Under the pieces are notes generated by a model, which was given only the letters and a program-made list of their open reading frames with translations, was not told the origin of the DNA and did not search any database. 64,000 nt of DNA, from NCBI GenBank assembly GCA_039809865.1, contig JBDHVW010000005.1:10671-74670 (forward strand), given 5' to 3'. Origin of the DNA: Vulcanimicrobiota bacterium. GTDB lineage: Bacteria > Vulcanimicrobiota > Xenobia > Xenobiales > QWHO01. The position numbers were made by a program, and so were the translations under genes. This document shows, in pieces, positions 19,999-28,370 of the stretch. Numbering within the stretch: the stretch's first letter is position 1; the number at the start of each line of letters is the position of its first letter.

Positions 19999-20430
19999 TT
20001 ATTTGGCCGAGCAGCCGTCTTTGCCCGAGCAACTGGACTTGCCGCCTTCCTTACCGCCGCAGCCGTCTTTGCCCGAGCAGCTGGACTTGCCTCCTTCCTT
20101 ACCGCTGCAGCCGTCTTGGCCCGAGCAACCCGATTTGCCGCTGTCTTTGCCGCTGCAGCCGTCTTTGCCCGAGCAGCCTGATTTGCCGCCGTCCTTGCCG
20201 TTGCAGCCGTCTTTGCCCGAGCAGCCCGATTTGCCGCTGTCTTTGCCGTTGCAGCCGTCTTTGCCGGAGCAGCCGGACTTGCCGCTGTCTTTGCCGTTGC
20301 AGCCGTCCTTACCCGAGCAGCCGTTCTTCTCTTTGTCGGTCTGAGCCAGGCCAGGCAGGGCGGCGCCTCCGGCCACCACCATTCCGGCCACCGCGGCCGC
20401 CAGCATCTTGGTGAAATCGCGTCTCTTCAT
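19999..20430 (-). CDS. TAT-signal secreted protein built of seven 16-aa Cys/Gly/Lys/Asp repeats
   Basis: 143 aa with a twin-arginine signal (MKRRDFTKMLAAAVAGMVVAGGAALPGLAQT) followed by 7 x CSGKDGCNGKDSGKSG; 14 cysteines in a regular C-x5-C-x9 spacing. Confidence 0.65.
   Translation of the reverse strand: MKRRDFTKMLAAAVAGMVVAGGAALPGLAQTDKEKNGCSGKDGCNGKDSGKSGCSGKDGCNGKDSGKSGCSGKDGCNGKDGGKSGCSGKDGCSGKDSGKSGCSGQDGCSGKEGGKSSCSGKDGCGGKEGGKSSCSGKDGCSAK
20003..20344. repeat. 48-bp tandem repeat, ~7 near-identical copies (coding)
   Basis: Direct visual periodicity (ccgtctttgcccgagcag...gacttgcc...) gives the 16-aa protein repeat. There are no spacers, so this is not a CRISPR array. Confidence 0.9.
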
Positions 20431-20514
20431 GAGGTTCCTCCACGGGTTTTCTGGGCGCCGGAGCGCTCCTTACCCCATGCAATGACGGACCCCCCGATCA
20501 GGTTCCCGGAATCT

Positions 20515-20528
20515 GTGAACTGGTTCAC
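20515..20528. promoter_or_regulatory. perfect inverted repeat GTGAAC-tg-GTTCAC upstream of the Cys-repeat protein gene
   Basis: 6-2-6 palindrome about 90 bp upstream of the ATG at 20430; operator-like. Confidence 0.3.
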
Positions 20529-20726
20529 GCGCGCTTCGTAACAGGGATCACGGAATCTCCAGCCGGCCAGAGATAAGATACGGCCATCGGAAGGAGATGA
20601 TGATGGTGAGGAAGCGCAGTCACAACACGCACTGGCGCCACTGGAGCGCCGGGCGCCCCAAACATAAAAGCTAACGAGTCTTGGAGGTCCGGTTCCCCGG
20701 GGGGAGCACCGGGCCTCTCTTCGTTG

Positions 20727-20775
20727 AGACGGTAGACGGGAGAGGGTAGACGGGAGACGGGAGACCGGAGACGGT
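20727..20775. repeat. tandem degenerate heptamer (GAGACGG)x7 microsatellite followed by CTGTCGAC x2
   Basis: gagacgg tagacgg gagaggg tagacgg gagacgg gagaccg gagacgg in intergenic DNA between 20872 and 20430. ctgtcgactgtcgac follows at ~20826-20840. Confidence 0.6.
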
Positions 20776-20871
20776 CGAACTAGAGCCCGCCCACCCATCG
20801 TCTGTCTGCCGCCGTCCCCCTGTTGACTGTCGACTGTCGACCCCCCGTCCCCTTACCCGGACCACGACTCC

Positions 20872-21513
20872 CTAGCGGCGCTTGCGCACCAGCACGCCGC
20901 CCACGTAGGTGCGGCCGCCGACCTCGCCCAGTTGGCCGCCGCCCGCGCCGTCGCGGGCGTTCTCCAGCAGGTAGCCCGCGTAGGAGTGGTCGTCCTCGAA
21001 CTCGCCGAGCTTCGCCAGGCGCGTTTTGAGAATCCCCACGCGCCCCTCGGTCTGGATGTCGGCCCCGTCGTGAATGGGGCTGAGGAAGAGATGCACGTCG
21101 TCGATCACCTCGCGAGAGCCAGGCGCCATCCCGTAATGGGGGGTGACGGCGGTCGCGATGGCGCCCATCACGGGCACGTCACGCTTGCCCAGGGGGCCGG
21201 CCAGGCGGGAGCCGAACTCGGCCAGCTTGAGCTGAGGGCCCTCCTGCAGAGCCTCGAAGGCGGTCTTGCAGAGGGTCTGGGCCAGCGGGCCCGTGCCCGC
21301 GGCCAGCAAGGCCGCCACGGCCACGTGAACCTGCTTGCTGAGGCGAACGTCGCTCGTCTGGCCCAGCGTCTTGAGCGCCGCCATCGCGAGGGGAAGAGCG
21401 TCCGGTTGCTCCATGGCCACGAACGTGTCCTGGATGAGCGTCCGCTCCACGGGCGAGAAACTCGCCGTGGGGCGGCTCATCGTCGGATAGCTCCCGATAC
21501 TCCCCGTCAGCAT
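20872..21513 (-). CDS. hypothetical protein
   Basis: 213-aa ORF with natural composition, whereas the antisense ORF 20932..21519 is Arg/Gly-rich. I recognise no domain. Confidence 0.5.
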   Translation of the reverse strand: MLTGSIGSYPTMSRPTASFSPVERTLIQDTFVAMEQPDALPLAMAALKTLGQTSDVRLSKQVHVAVAALLAAGTGPLAQTLCKTAFEALQEGPQLKLAEFGSRLAGPLGKRDVPVMGAIATAVTPHYGMAPGSREVIDDVHLFLSPIHDGADIQTEGRVGILKTRLAKLGEFEDDHSYAGYLLENARDGAGGGQLGEVGGRTYVGGVLVRKRR

Positions 21514-21553
21514 GGTTAAAATTTAACGCAAGCTTCTGAAACGGGGCTGAAAG

Positions 21554-22003
21554 CTAGGCGGCGGCCTGCTCCAACGTCGAGGTGCATTGCGGGCAGCGGG
21601 TGGCATTGAGGGGGATGGCGGTGCAGCAGAAGGGGCAATCCTTCGTGGTAGGGGCGGCTTCGGGCTCCGGCGCTTTGTGCCGCATCCGCTCGATGGCCTT
21701 CACCATCATGAAGACGGCGCCGGCCACGATCAGGAACTGGATGATGGTGTTCAGGAAGACCCCGTAATTGATGGTGGCGGCGCCCGCCTTCTGGGCGTCG
21801 GCCAGAGTGGAGTAGGCCGGCCCGCCCAGCGTGAGGAAGAGGTTGGTGAAGTCGACCCCACCCATCAGTTTTCCGATCGGGGGCATGATGATGTCATTGA
21901 CCAGCGAGGTGACGATCTTGCCGAAGGCGGCGCCGATGATCACACCGACGGCCATATCGACCACGTTTCCCCGCTGGATGAAGTCGCGAAACTCTTTAAG
22001 CAT
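21554..22003 (-). CDS. mscL: large-conductance mechanosensitive channel MscL with C-terminal zinc-ribbon extension
   Basis: 149 aa from [31 protein letters not shown] (canonical MscL TM1). The C-terminal tail [19 protein letters not shown] forms a Cys4 ribbon. Confidence 0.85.
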   Translation of the reverse strand: MLKEFRDFIQRGNVVDMAVGVIIGAAFGKIVTSLVNDIIMPPIGKLMGGVDFTNLFLTLGGPAYSTLADAQKAGAATINYGVFLNTIIQFLIVAGAVFMMVKAIERMRHKAPEPEAAPTTKDCPFCCTAIPLNATRCPQCTSTLEQAAA

Positions 22004-22175
22004 CGCCGCCGGTTCGCGAGAGTGCGGGCCCCTCCTCCCTTGCATGAAGGTCGGGAAATGTCGTGAAATTTTTTGCTGTTTGTACGATTTTCGAAAGGAG
22101 TGCCTCGAGGGGGAGAGAATTTCAATTTTGACCCCGGAGCGCTCTGGGGAAAAGAGGTGTTGCAAAGCGAGTAAC
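22004..22175. promoter_or_regulatory. divergent promoter region between mscL and thpR
   Basis: 172-bp intergenic stretch of relatively lower GC with T-rich segments (gaaattttttgctgtttgtacgattttcgaaagg). No specific motif is asserted. Confidence 0.3.
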
Positions 22176-22733
22176 TTGCGCTTGTTCATCGCCGTCGAGC
22201 TGGGCTCGGCGGTCCGCCGGCATGTGGAGGAGATTCAAGCTCTTCTCCGGTCCGCGACCACCGATGTCAGCTGGGTGCGCCCCGAGAACTTCCATCTGAC
22301 TTTGAAGTTCCTGGGAAGCACCCCGAGCGAGCAGGTCCTCCCCATCGAGCAGGCCCTTTCCCGAGCCGTCACTCGGGTCCGGCCGTTCGAGGTCGAGTTG
22401 CGCGGGGTGGGGGCTTTCCCCAGCCCGTCGCGAGCGCGGGTGTTCTGGATCGGGCTCGTTCCCGAGCGCCCGCTGGCGCAGCTGGCGGGCAGCGTCGAGG
22501 ACGAGCTGGCCCGGCTCGGATTTGCACGCGAGGCGCGCGCGTTCACGGCCCACGTCACGCTGGGGCGGAGACGCGTCCCGCGCCGAGACGATACGCTCCA
22601 GAAAAAGTTAGCCGAGCTGGCCGGCGCCGGTGGCGCCCGAGCTGGCGTGTCCGAGGCGGTCCTGATGCAGAGCCAGTTGAGACCAGGTGGACCGCTCTAC
22701 ACGCCGGTAAGCAAGCATCGACTTCAAGGTTAA
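22176..22733 (+). CDS. thpR: RNA 2',3'-cyclic phosphodiesterase (2H phosphoesterase, ThpR/LigT family)
   Basis: About 185 aa from a TTG start giving MRLFIAVEL. Two H-x-T-x motifs (HLTLKFLG and HVTLGRR) are typical of 2H phosphoesterases. Confidence 0.75.
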   Translation: MRLFIAVELGSAVRRHVEEIQALLRSATTDVSWVRPENFHLTLKFLGSTPSEQVLPIEQALSRAVTRVRPFEVELRGVGAFPSPSRARVFWIGLVPERPLAQLAGSVEDELARLGFAREARAFTAHVTLGRRRVPRRDDTLQKKLAELAGAGGARAGVSEAVLMQSQLRPGGPLYTPVSKHRLQG

Positions 22734-22750
22734 GCACAACGACGAACGAG

Positions 22751-23782
22751 GTGGAACTGATGGACAAACACAAGGCACTGGAAATGGCGCTCGGGCAGAT
22801 CGAGCGTCAGTTTGGTAAAGGCTCGATCATGAAGCTTGGCGATGCGTCCTCGCGTTACGAGGTCCCCGCCATTCCGACCGGATCGCTGGCCATCGACATG
22901 GCGCTGGGCATCGGGGGCGTCCCCCGCGGCCGCGTGACCGAGATCTTCGGCCCCGAGTCCTCGGGTAAGACCACGCTGGCCCTCCAGATCGTGGCCGAAG
23001 CGCAGAAGCTGGGCGGCGTGGCCGCGTTCATCGACGTGGAGCACGCGCTCGACCCGAACTATGCCCGCAACCTGGGCGTGGATCTCGACAACCTCTACGT
23101 GGCCCAGCCGGACACGGGCGAGCAAGGCCTCGAGATCGTCGAGACCCTGGTGCGCTCGAACGCGGTCGACGTGGTGGTGGTCGACTCGGTGGCGGCCATG
23201 GTGCCCAAGGCCGAGATCGAGGGCGATATGGGAGACTCCCACGTGGGTCTGCAGGCGCGCCTGATGTCGCAGGCGCTGCGCAAGCTCACCGGCACCATCT
23301 CCAAGACCAAGACGGCGGTCATCTTCATCAACCAGATTCGTGAGAAGATCGGCGTCATGTTCGGCAGTCCCGAGACGACCCCGGGCGGCCGGGCGCTCAA
23401 GTTCTACTCCTCGGTGCGCATCGACGTGCGCCGGATGGATACCATCAAGCAGAACGGCGAGATGACCGGCAACCGCGCCAAGATCAAGGTGGTCAAGAAC
23501 AAGCTGGCGCCGCCGTTCCGCTCGGCCGAGTTCGACATTATCTTCGGCAAGGGCATCTCGCGCGAGTCGAGCCTCATCGATGTGGGCCTCGAGGCGGGCA
23601 TCCTGTCCAAGTCGGGCACCTGGTATTCGTTCGGCGACGTGCGCCTGGGTCAGGGCAAGGAAAACTCCCGCGCCTACCTCGAGGAGCACGCCAACGTGGC
23701 CGACGAGATCGAGCGCACGGTGCGCAGCCAGCAGACCTTCAACTACCGGCCCAACGGTGAGGCCGTGGAAGTCGAGGTCTAA
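22751..23782 (+). CDS. recA: recombinase RecA
   Basis: Unmistakable RecA sequence with Walker [13 protein letters not shown] and the L1/L2 loops. The start is either GTG 22751 or ATG 22760 (MDKHKALE...). Confidence 0.97.
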   Translation: MELMDKHKALEMALGQIERQFGKGSIMKLGDASSRYEVPAIPTGSLAIDMALGIGGVPRGRVTEIFGPESSGKTTLALQIVAEAQKLGGVAAFIDVEHALDPNYARNLGVDLDNLYVAQPDTGEQGLEIVETLVRSNAVDVVVVDSVAAMVPKAEIEGDMGDSHVGLQARLMSQALRKLTGTISKTKTAVIFINQIREKIGVMFGSPETTPGGRALKFYSSVRIDVRRMDTIKQNGEMTGNRAKIKVVKNKLAPPFRSAEFDIIFGKGISRESSLIDVGLEAGILSKSGTWYSFGDVRLGQGKENSRAYLEEHANVADEIERTVRSQQTFNYRPNGEAVEVEV

Positions 23783-23789
23783 GACGAGG

Positions 23790-24263
23790 GTGCGCGGCAG
23801 CCGACGAGACCCGGAAGCTGCCGCGTCCCCCCGCGCGCTGCGCGAGCGCGCTTACCGTCTGCTCGCGCAGCGCGACCACTCCCGCCTGGAGCTGGCCCGC
23901 AAGCTCGGGGTCCCCCCTGACGACCCCCTGCTGCTCGAGCTGCTCGGGCTCGGCTATCTCGACGATCGGCGCTTTGCCATGACCTTTGCCCGCCAGCGCC
24001 AGGAGCGCGGCCTGGGCCGCGAGCGCATCGTCTATGAGCTCTCCCTGCGCGGAATCGACCGCGCCCTGGCCAACGAGGCCGTCGGTGAAGACGACCTCGA
24101 CCGCGCCGTCGAGCTCGCCCGCAAGCGCCTTGCGGGCAAACGAACCCCCGAGCAGGTCATGCGCTTTCTGATCGGCCGCGGCTACAAGCCCGGCCTGGCC
24201 CGGCGCGCCCTGGAAGCGGCCTCGGCCGAAGGCGAGCGCCGGGTGGGCGACTTTTTCGCTTAA
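23790..24263 (+). CDS. recX: recombination regulator RecX
   Basis: About 157 aa from a GTG start 8 bp after the recA stop. It contains RecX three-helix repeats (RAYRLLAQRDHSRLELARKL...; ...RALANEAVGEDD...; ...VMRFLIGRGYKPGLARRAL). The upstream part of the 6-frame ORF overlaps recA out of frame and is ignored. Confidence 0.8.
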   Translation: MRGSRRDPEAAASPRALRERAYRLLAQRDHSRLELARKLGVPPDDPLLLELLGLGYLDDRRFAMTFARQRQERGLGRERIVYELSLRGIDRALANEAVGEDDLDRAVELARKRLAGKRTPEQVMRFLIGRGYKPGLARRALEAASAEGERRVGDFFA

Positions 24264-24676
24264 CCCCAGCGGGAGCGGTCGAAGAGCAGGTAGAGGCACT
24301 GGTAAGCCACCAGGGCCGCGAACAGAGTGCCGGCGCCGAAGAGCAGGGGGCGCACCTTCAGCCAGAGGGACCGGAAGGACGAGAGCTGGATGAGCACGTC
24401 CGGCACGTAACCCGCGCAGTAGCACACATTCGCCAGCACGGCCAGGACGATGAGCCCGGGCAGCTCGTGCACGATGAGCGCCCCCCGGCACCCGGCCAGG
24501 TCCACGATCAGCACGATGATCGTCAGAATCAGGTTGTAGCCGATCCGGCGGAGCTCCCAGTAACGGATGGCGTCGTCGAGGATGGCGCGGAAAGTGAGCT
24601 GCTCGTTGCGAGCGGGCGCATCGAGCAGGCCTCGCTGGCGAGCGATGTGAGCCGGGATGAACTCTCGCTCCTGCAT
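24260..24676 (-). CDS. hypothetical membrane protein
   Basis: 138-aa ORF with 3-4 hydrophobic helices; convergent with recX with a 4-bp overlap. Confidence 0.5.
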   Translation of the reverse strand: MQEREFIPAHIARQRGLLDAPARNEQLTFRAILDDAIRYWELRRIGYNLILTIIVLIVDLAGCRGALIVHELPGLIVLAVLANVCYCAGYVPDVLIQLSSFRSLWLKVRPLLFGAGTLFAALVAYQCLYLLFDRSRWG

Positions 24677-24731
24677 ACCTTTGTTTTATCACGGAAAGGT
24701 AGAAGAGAATGACAAAGCGAGGCAGAAACTC

Positions 24732-25283
24732 ATGGAAATGCTGGAGGAACGACTCTATACGGCCGAGGAGCTCGAGGACTTCGAGCGCCTGGACGACAAT
24801 TTCCACTACGAGTTGGATCAGGGGAGGCTCGTCAAACTGATGCCTCCCATGCCCCTTCATGGCCGCCTCTGCGCAGAGATTGCCCGCGTCCTCGGAAATC
24901 ATTGCCAGGAGACGGGCGATGGGGTGGTTCTGGGCAACGATAGCTGGTGCTTGTTGGAAAGGAAGCCGGACACCGTACGCGGTCCCGATGTTGCGGTCGT
25001 GACGCGGGCTCGCTGGGAGGCGTCCGACCCCAACAAGATGCTGGAAGGCGCGCCGGACCTCGTCGTCGAGGTCGCCAGTCCGTCCCAGACGCGAGCTTCG
25101 CTACTCAAGAAGGCCTGGCAGTACCTGCAGGCCGGAACCGCGCTCGTTTGGATATTTTATCCGGCCCAGCGAAAAGTCGTCATTTTGACTGCCGACGACG
25201 ATATCGAGCTGGTCACCGGCGTCTTGAGTGGAGGTCCCGTCTTGCCCGGGTTCAGCTGCCAGGTAGAGGATCTATTCGGGTAG
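24732..25283 (+). CDS. Uma2 family endonuclease (DUF820, PD-(D/E)xK-like)
   Basis: About 183 aa from MEMLEERLYTAEELEDFERLDDNFHYELDQGRL..., followed by PDLVVEVASPS (the D...E-V-x-S nuclease core of the Uma2 family). Confidence 0.7.
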   Translation: MEMLEERLYTAEELEDFERLDDNFHYELDQGRLVKLMPPMPLHGRLCAEIARVLGNHCQETGDGVVLGNDSWCLLERKPDTVRGPDVAVVTRARWEASDPNKMLEGAPDLVVEVASPSQTRASLLKKAWQYLQAGTALVWIFYPAQRKVVILTADDDIELVTGVLSGGPVLPGFSCQVEDLFG

Positions 25284-26004
25284 CGCGGCGCAGGACGACG
25301 CCGCCGATGGAAACCGACTGGTCCGTTTCGCGGATGCCGGTGTAGGCCAGCTTCGGGGCCGCGATCCGCTCGGCGGTCCGGGTGCTGGCCTCCATCTCCT
25401 GACGCAGGTGACCGGCCCGCAGGGCGAGGTTGGGGAAAAGCTCGGTGCGATCGCGGAAGAAGAACGTCCCCAGCGCGCCGCTGGTCCAGCAGTCCATGGC
25501 CAGGCGGAGCCCCGAAAAGAAGCCGTGCTCGGCGATGCGATCGCGCAAAGAGGTCTTGTCTTCGCTGATTTTGAGCCGATGGCCCGAGATCTCCGCCGCC
25601 ATGGGGATGGTCTTGTCGCCTCGCAGCTGCCGTCCCACCAGCTCGCCCGAAACCGTCTGCTCGGCCTGGTAGGTGCGGTCGCGACTCTGCCAGTCGTAGA
25701 GCCAGTTGCCATTGGCCCGATAGCCCTCGCAGTGGCCTCCCGAGCGCACCCCGTAATAGAGGGAGTCGGGGTGAAAGAGGACCTCTGCGGTCTGGTCCGG
25801 GCCCATATCCACCACGACCATGCCGTCGGGCCTCTGCGAGCACCCGAAGACGAAGCTCTGGTCCAGCGGGGCCTGCAGGTGGGCGGAAAGACCGGCCTGG
25901 GTCTGCTCCACGACCAGCGACTCGGGCAGATAGCTGCCCTGGGGCAGCACCGCCTTCCAGCTCCGGCCCGAGCCCTCGAATTGCACTCCGCTGGGTGTAA
26001 CCAT
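25252..26004 (-). CDS. hypothetical protein with C-terminal SIGGVVLRRATR motif
   Basis: 250-aa ORF with natural composition, whereas the overlapping alternative frames are R/G/P-rich. It shares a C-terminal motif with 3637..4365 and 4596..7022. Confidence 0.5.
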   Translation of the reverse strand: MVTPSGVQFEGSGRSWKAVLPQGSYLPESLVVEQTQAGLSAHLQAPLDQSFVFGCSQRPDGMVVVDMGPDQTAEVLFHPDSLYYGVRSGGHCEGYRANGNWLYDWQSRDRTYQAEQTVSGELVGRQLRGDKTIPMAAEISGHRLKISEDKTSLRDRIAEHGFFSGLRLAMDCWTSGALGTFFFRDRTELFPNLALRAGHLRQEMEASTRTAERIAAPKLAYTGIRETDQSVSIGGVVLRRATRIDPLPGS

Positions 26005-26079
26005 ACCGATACACCCTAGACCGGCGCGCTGAAAAAAAGCTCGCAGGAGCGTTCGCGCACGTTTCCGAATGCGCGGCCC

Positions 26080-28311
26080 ATGCTACGCAAAGTATCCCTT
26101 CTCATTTGCCTTTTGGCCCTGGCTTTCGCGCCCGCGGTAGCCCAGGCACCCACGCGAGCTCAGCTCGATAACCAGCGCGATCTGCTCCAGGCCTACAGCG
26201 CCCGACTCATGGAGGTCAATGATCGCTACCAGGTCTTCCAGAAGATCGTGGACCTGGCCAGTCAGGACCAGATCGATGCCGTCAATGCTCTCCGCATCTC
26301 TCCCACGCAGGCCATGGACCTGCTCAAGATCGTGCAGCAGAACATGCCCAGCGGCCCGATGGACGATGCCGCGATGAAGGCTCTCCAGAAGACGGTTCAG
26401 CCCCAGATGGAGCAGCTGCTCGGCTCGGACCAGTTCGACCTCATCCTGCAGCTCTTCCCGAGCCCGCAGCAGAAGGCCCAGGCCGACGCCATCATGGCCG
26501 AGGCGGCCAATACGCCCGAGGGCCAGGCGGCCTATAAGGCCTCGCAGGCCCTGAGCGCGGCCCTGACCCCGGATCAGCGCTCTTTCCTGCAGCCCTATCT
26601 GGACCTGGCCAAAGCGCCCACCGCCGCGGCCCCCGAGGGGACGACGCTGGCCCCCAGCACCGCTCCGGCCCGTCCGGCCGTGCGCAACCTGGTGAACCTG
26701 CGCCGCACCGGCGCCGGTGACTTCTTCGCCGACGTCCTGCCCGACCAGAATTACCTGGCTCACCTGCCCCGAACCTACCGCGTCCAGGGCGGCGACCCCA
26801 ACACGATGTCCGCCCTGGCCACCTCGTCGGGCATCACCGTCCGCCTGCTCGGCACCTACGAAGGCGATGTCGTCTCGGTGGCCAACGTCGGCCTGCTGGG
26901 CTCTCCGGCTCTGTTGGCCGTGGGCGGCAGCGGCACCGTCTGGCACGGCAAGCTGCCGGCCCGCGTGGTGAGCGCCAATCCGCCCACCGTCGAGCTCGAT
27001 GCCGGTCGCGGCCAGAAGATCACGGCCACCCTGGAGATGAGCTCCAAGGAGCAACAGGCTTTCCAGGCCGCCGGCCAGAGCTTCACGGTGGAGGGCACCT
27101 GCTGGATGGCCTCCGACAAGAACACCCTCTACGACGTGGAGTTCACTCCCTACCAGGCGCCCAACCAGGCCGTGCAGGCCGCGGCGCTCGTCCAGGTGTC
27201 GGAAGACTTCTTCAACCACGCCGCCAACGAGTTTCTCAAGGGTCACAAGGACAAGCTGAGCTTCGGCGGCCCAACCGACAACCTCAAGTTCCGCGTCACC
27301 GACATCGGCCTGACCTTTGCCGGCTGCCAGCCGGGGCAGGCTCGCGTTTTTGGAATGGGCGTGCTCTCCCACTCCGGTCTGGACGTCGCCTCGGCTCAGG
27401 TCGAGCTGACCGGGACGGTGACGTTCAACGGCACCAGCCTGACCCTGGCGCCGGTCCCGGGCACCCTGGCGGCCCGCCTCAACTACCCGGTGTTCGCCCA
27501 GGCCCCGGCGAACTGGGGCACCACCCTCGAGACCATCATGGGCCCCGAGTACGCCAAGGGCTTCGCCTTCGCGCTGCCCGCCGACTACCAGGACCAGCTG
27601 ACCAAGACCGGTCTCGTGACCGCCGACCAGATCAACGGCATCAAGCTGGAAACCCTTCCCACCGAGGATCGCCGCACCGCCCTGGCCTCGCTCTCGATGC
27701 CGCAGGCGGCCGGCGTGGCCGGCCCGGCCACCAACGTCCTGCAGTCGCGCATCCAGAGCCCGGGGGAGTGCGCCGTCGTGGTGCCCGAGGCGACCATCAA
27801 CAACGCCATCAAGACGAAGCTGCCCGGCATGATGCCGATCATGATCGATGTTCCGGAGAACATGCAGGAGCAGCAGGGCGGCGTGAAGTTCAAGCAGATC
27901 GAGATCGCCGAGCTGGACGTCGCCTATGCCAACGGCGCCTTCAAGATCAACAACTGCGTCCTGAATGTGCACTGGCGCTACGGGATCTTTGCCGGCGTCG
28001 AGCCGGGCATGAAGTTCTCCGGCTCGGCCACGCTCGCGTCCACGACCGACAACCCGCCCCAGGTGGTGGGGCGCCTCACGATCGACCAGGTGACCTTCCT
28101 CTCGCCGCACGTCCTGGCGATGTCGCAGCAAGAGCAGGATGACATCAAGTCCAAGTTGCTCAAGGCCGTGGCCGACTACAATCTGCCCCTGGCCAGCAAC
28201 CAGAAGTTCGCCATTCCGGCGCTCAGCGACCAGGCCAGCCTCGTGCCGGCGGGCGCGGGCGGAACCTCGGCCCCGTCGGAGCTGCTGCTGCAGGGACGGC
28301 TGGCACCGTGA
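26080..28311 (+). CDS. secreted hypothetical protein (743 aa)
   Basis: Has an N-terminal signal peptide (MLRKVSLLICLLALAFAPAVAQA); Q/A/T-rich with no recognisable catalytic motif. Confidence 0.7.
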   Translation: MLRKVSLLICLLALAFAPAVAQAPTRAQLDNQRDLLQAYSARLMEVNDRYQVFQKIVDLASQDQIDAVNALRISPTQAMDLLKIVQQNMPSGPMDDAAMKALQKTVQPQMEQLLGSDQFDLILQLFPSPQQKAQADAIMAEAANTPEGQAAYKASQALSAALTPDQRSFLQPYLDLAKAPTAAAPEGTTLAPSTAPARPAVRNLVNLRRTGAGDFFADVLPDQNYLAHLPRTYRVQGGDPNTMSALATSSGITVRLLGTYEGDVVSVANVGLLGSPALLAVGGSGTVWHGKLPARVVSANPPTVELDAGRGQKITATLEMSSKEQQAFQAAGQSFTVEGTCWMASDKNTLYDVEFTPYQAPNQAVQAAALVQVSEDFFNHAANEFLKGHKDKLSFGGPTDNLKFRVTDIGLTFAGCQPGQARVFGMGVLSHSGLDVASAQVELTGTVTFNGTSLTLAPVPGTLAARLNYPVFAQAPANWGTTLETIMGPEYAKGFAFALPADYQDQLTKTGLVTADQINGIKLETLPTEDRRTALASLSMPQAAGVAGPATNVLQSRIQSPGECAVVVPEATINNAIKTKLPGMMPIMIDVPENMQEQQGGVKFKQIEIAELDVAYANGAFKINNCVLNVHWRYGIFAGVEPGMKFSGSATLASTTDNPPQVVGRLTIDQVTFLSPHVLAMSQQEQDDIKSKLLKAVADYNLPLASNQKFAIPALSDQASLVPAGAGGTSAPSELLLQGRLAP

Positions 28312-28370
28312 GGCACCGCCAGTACTCGCGTACGTTTGACCCATCGCGCCGGTCTGGCTATAGTGGACCG

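Noticed and set aside
20003-20344. Possible CRISPR array (regular 48-bp repeats)
   Set aside because: The repeats are contiguous with no spacers and lie in-frame within a coding sequence with a TAT signal peptide; no cas genes are nearby.
22751-24263. recA-recX region as part of a mobile or accessory element
   Set aside because: Canonical housekeeping arrangement. No integrase, repeats or GC shift are seen in the window.
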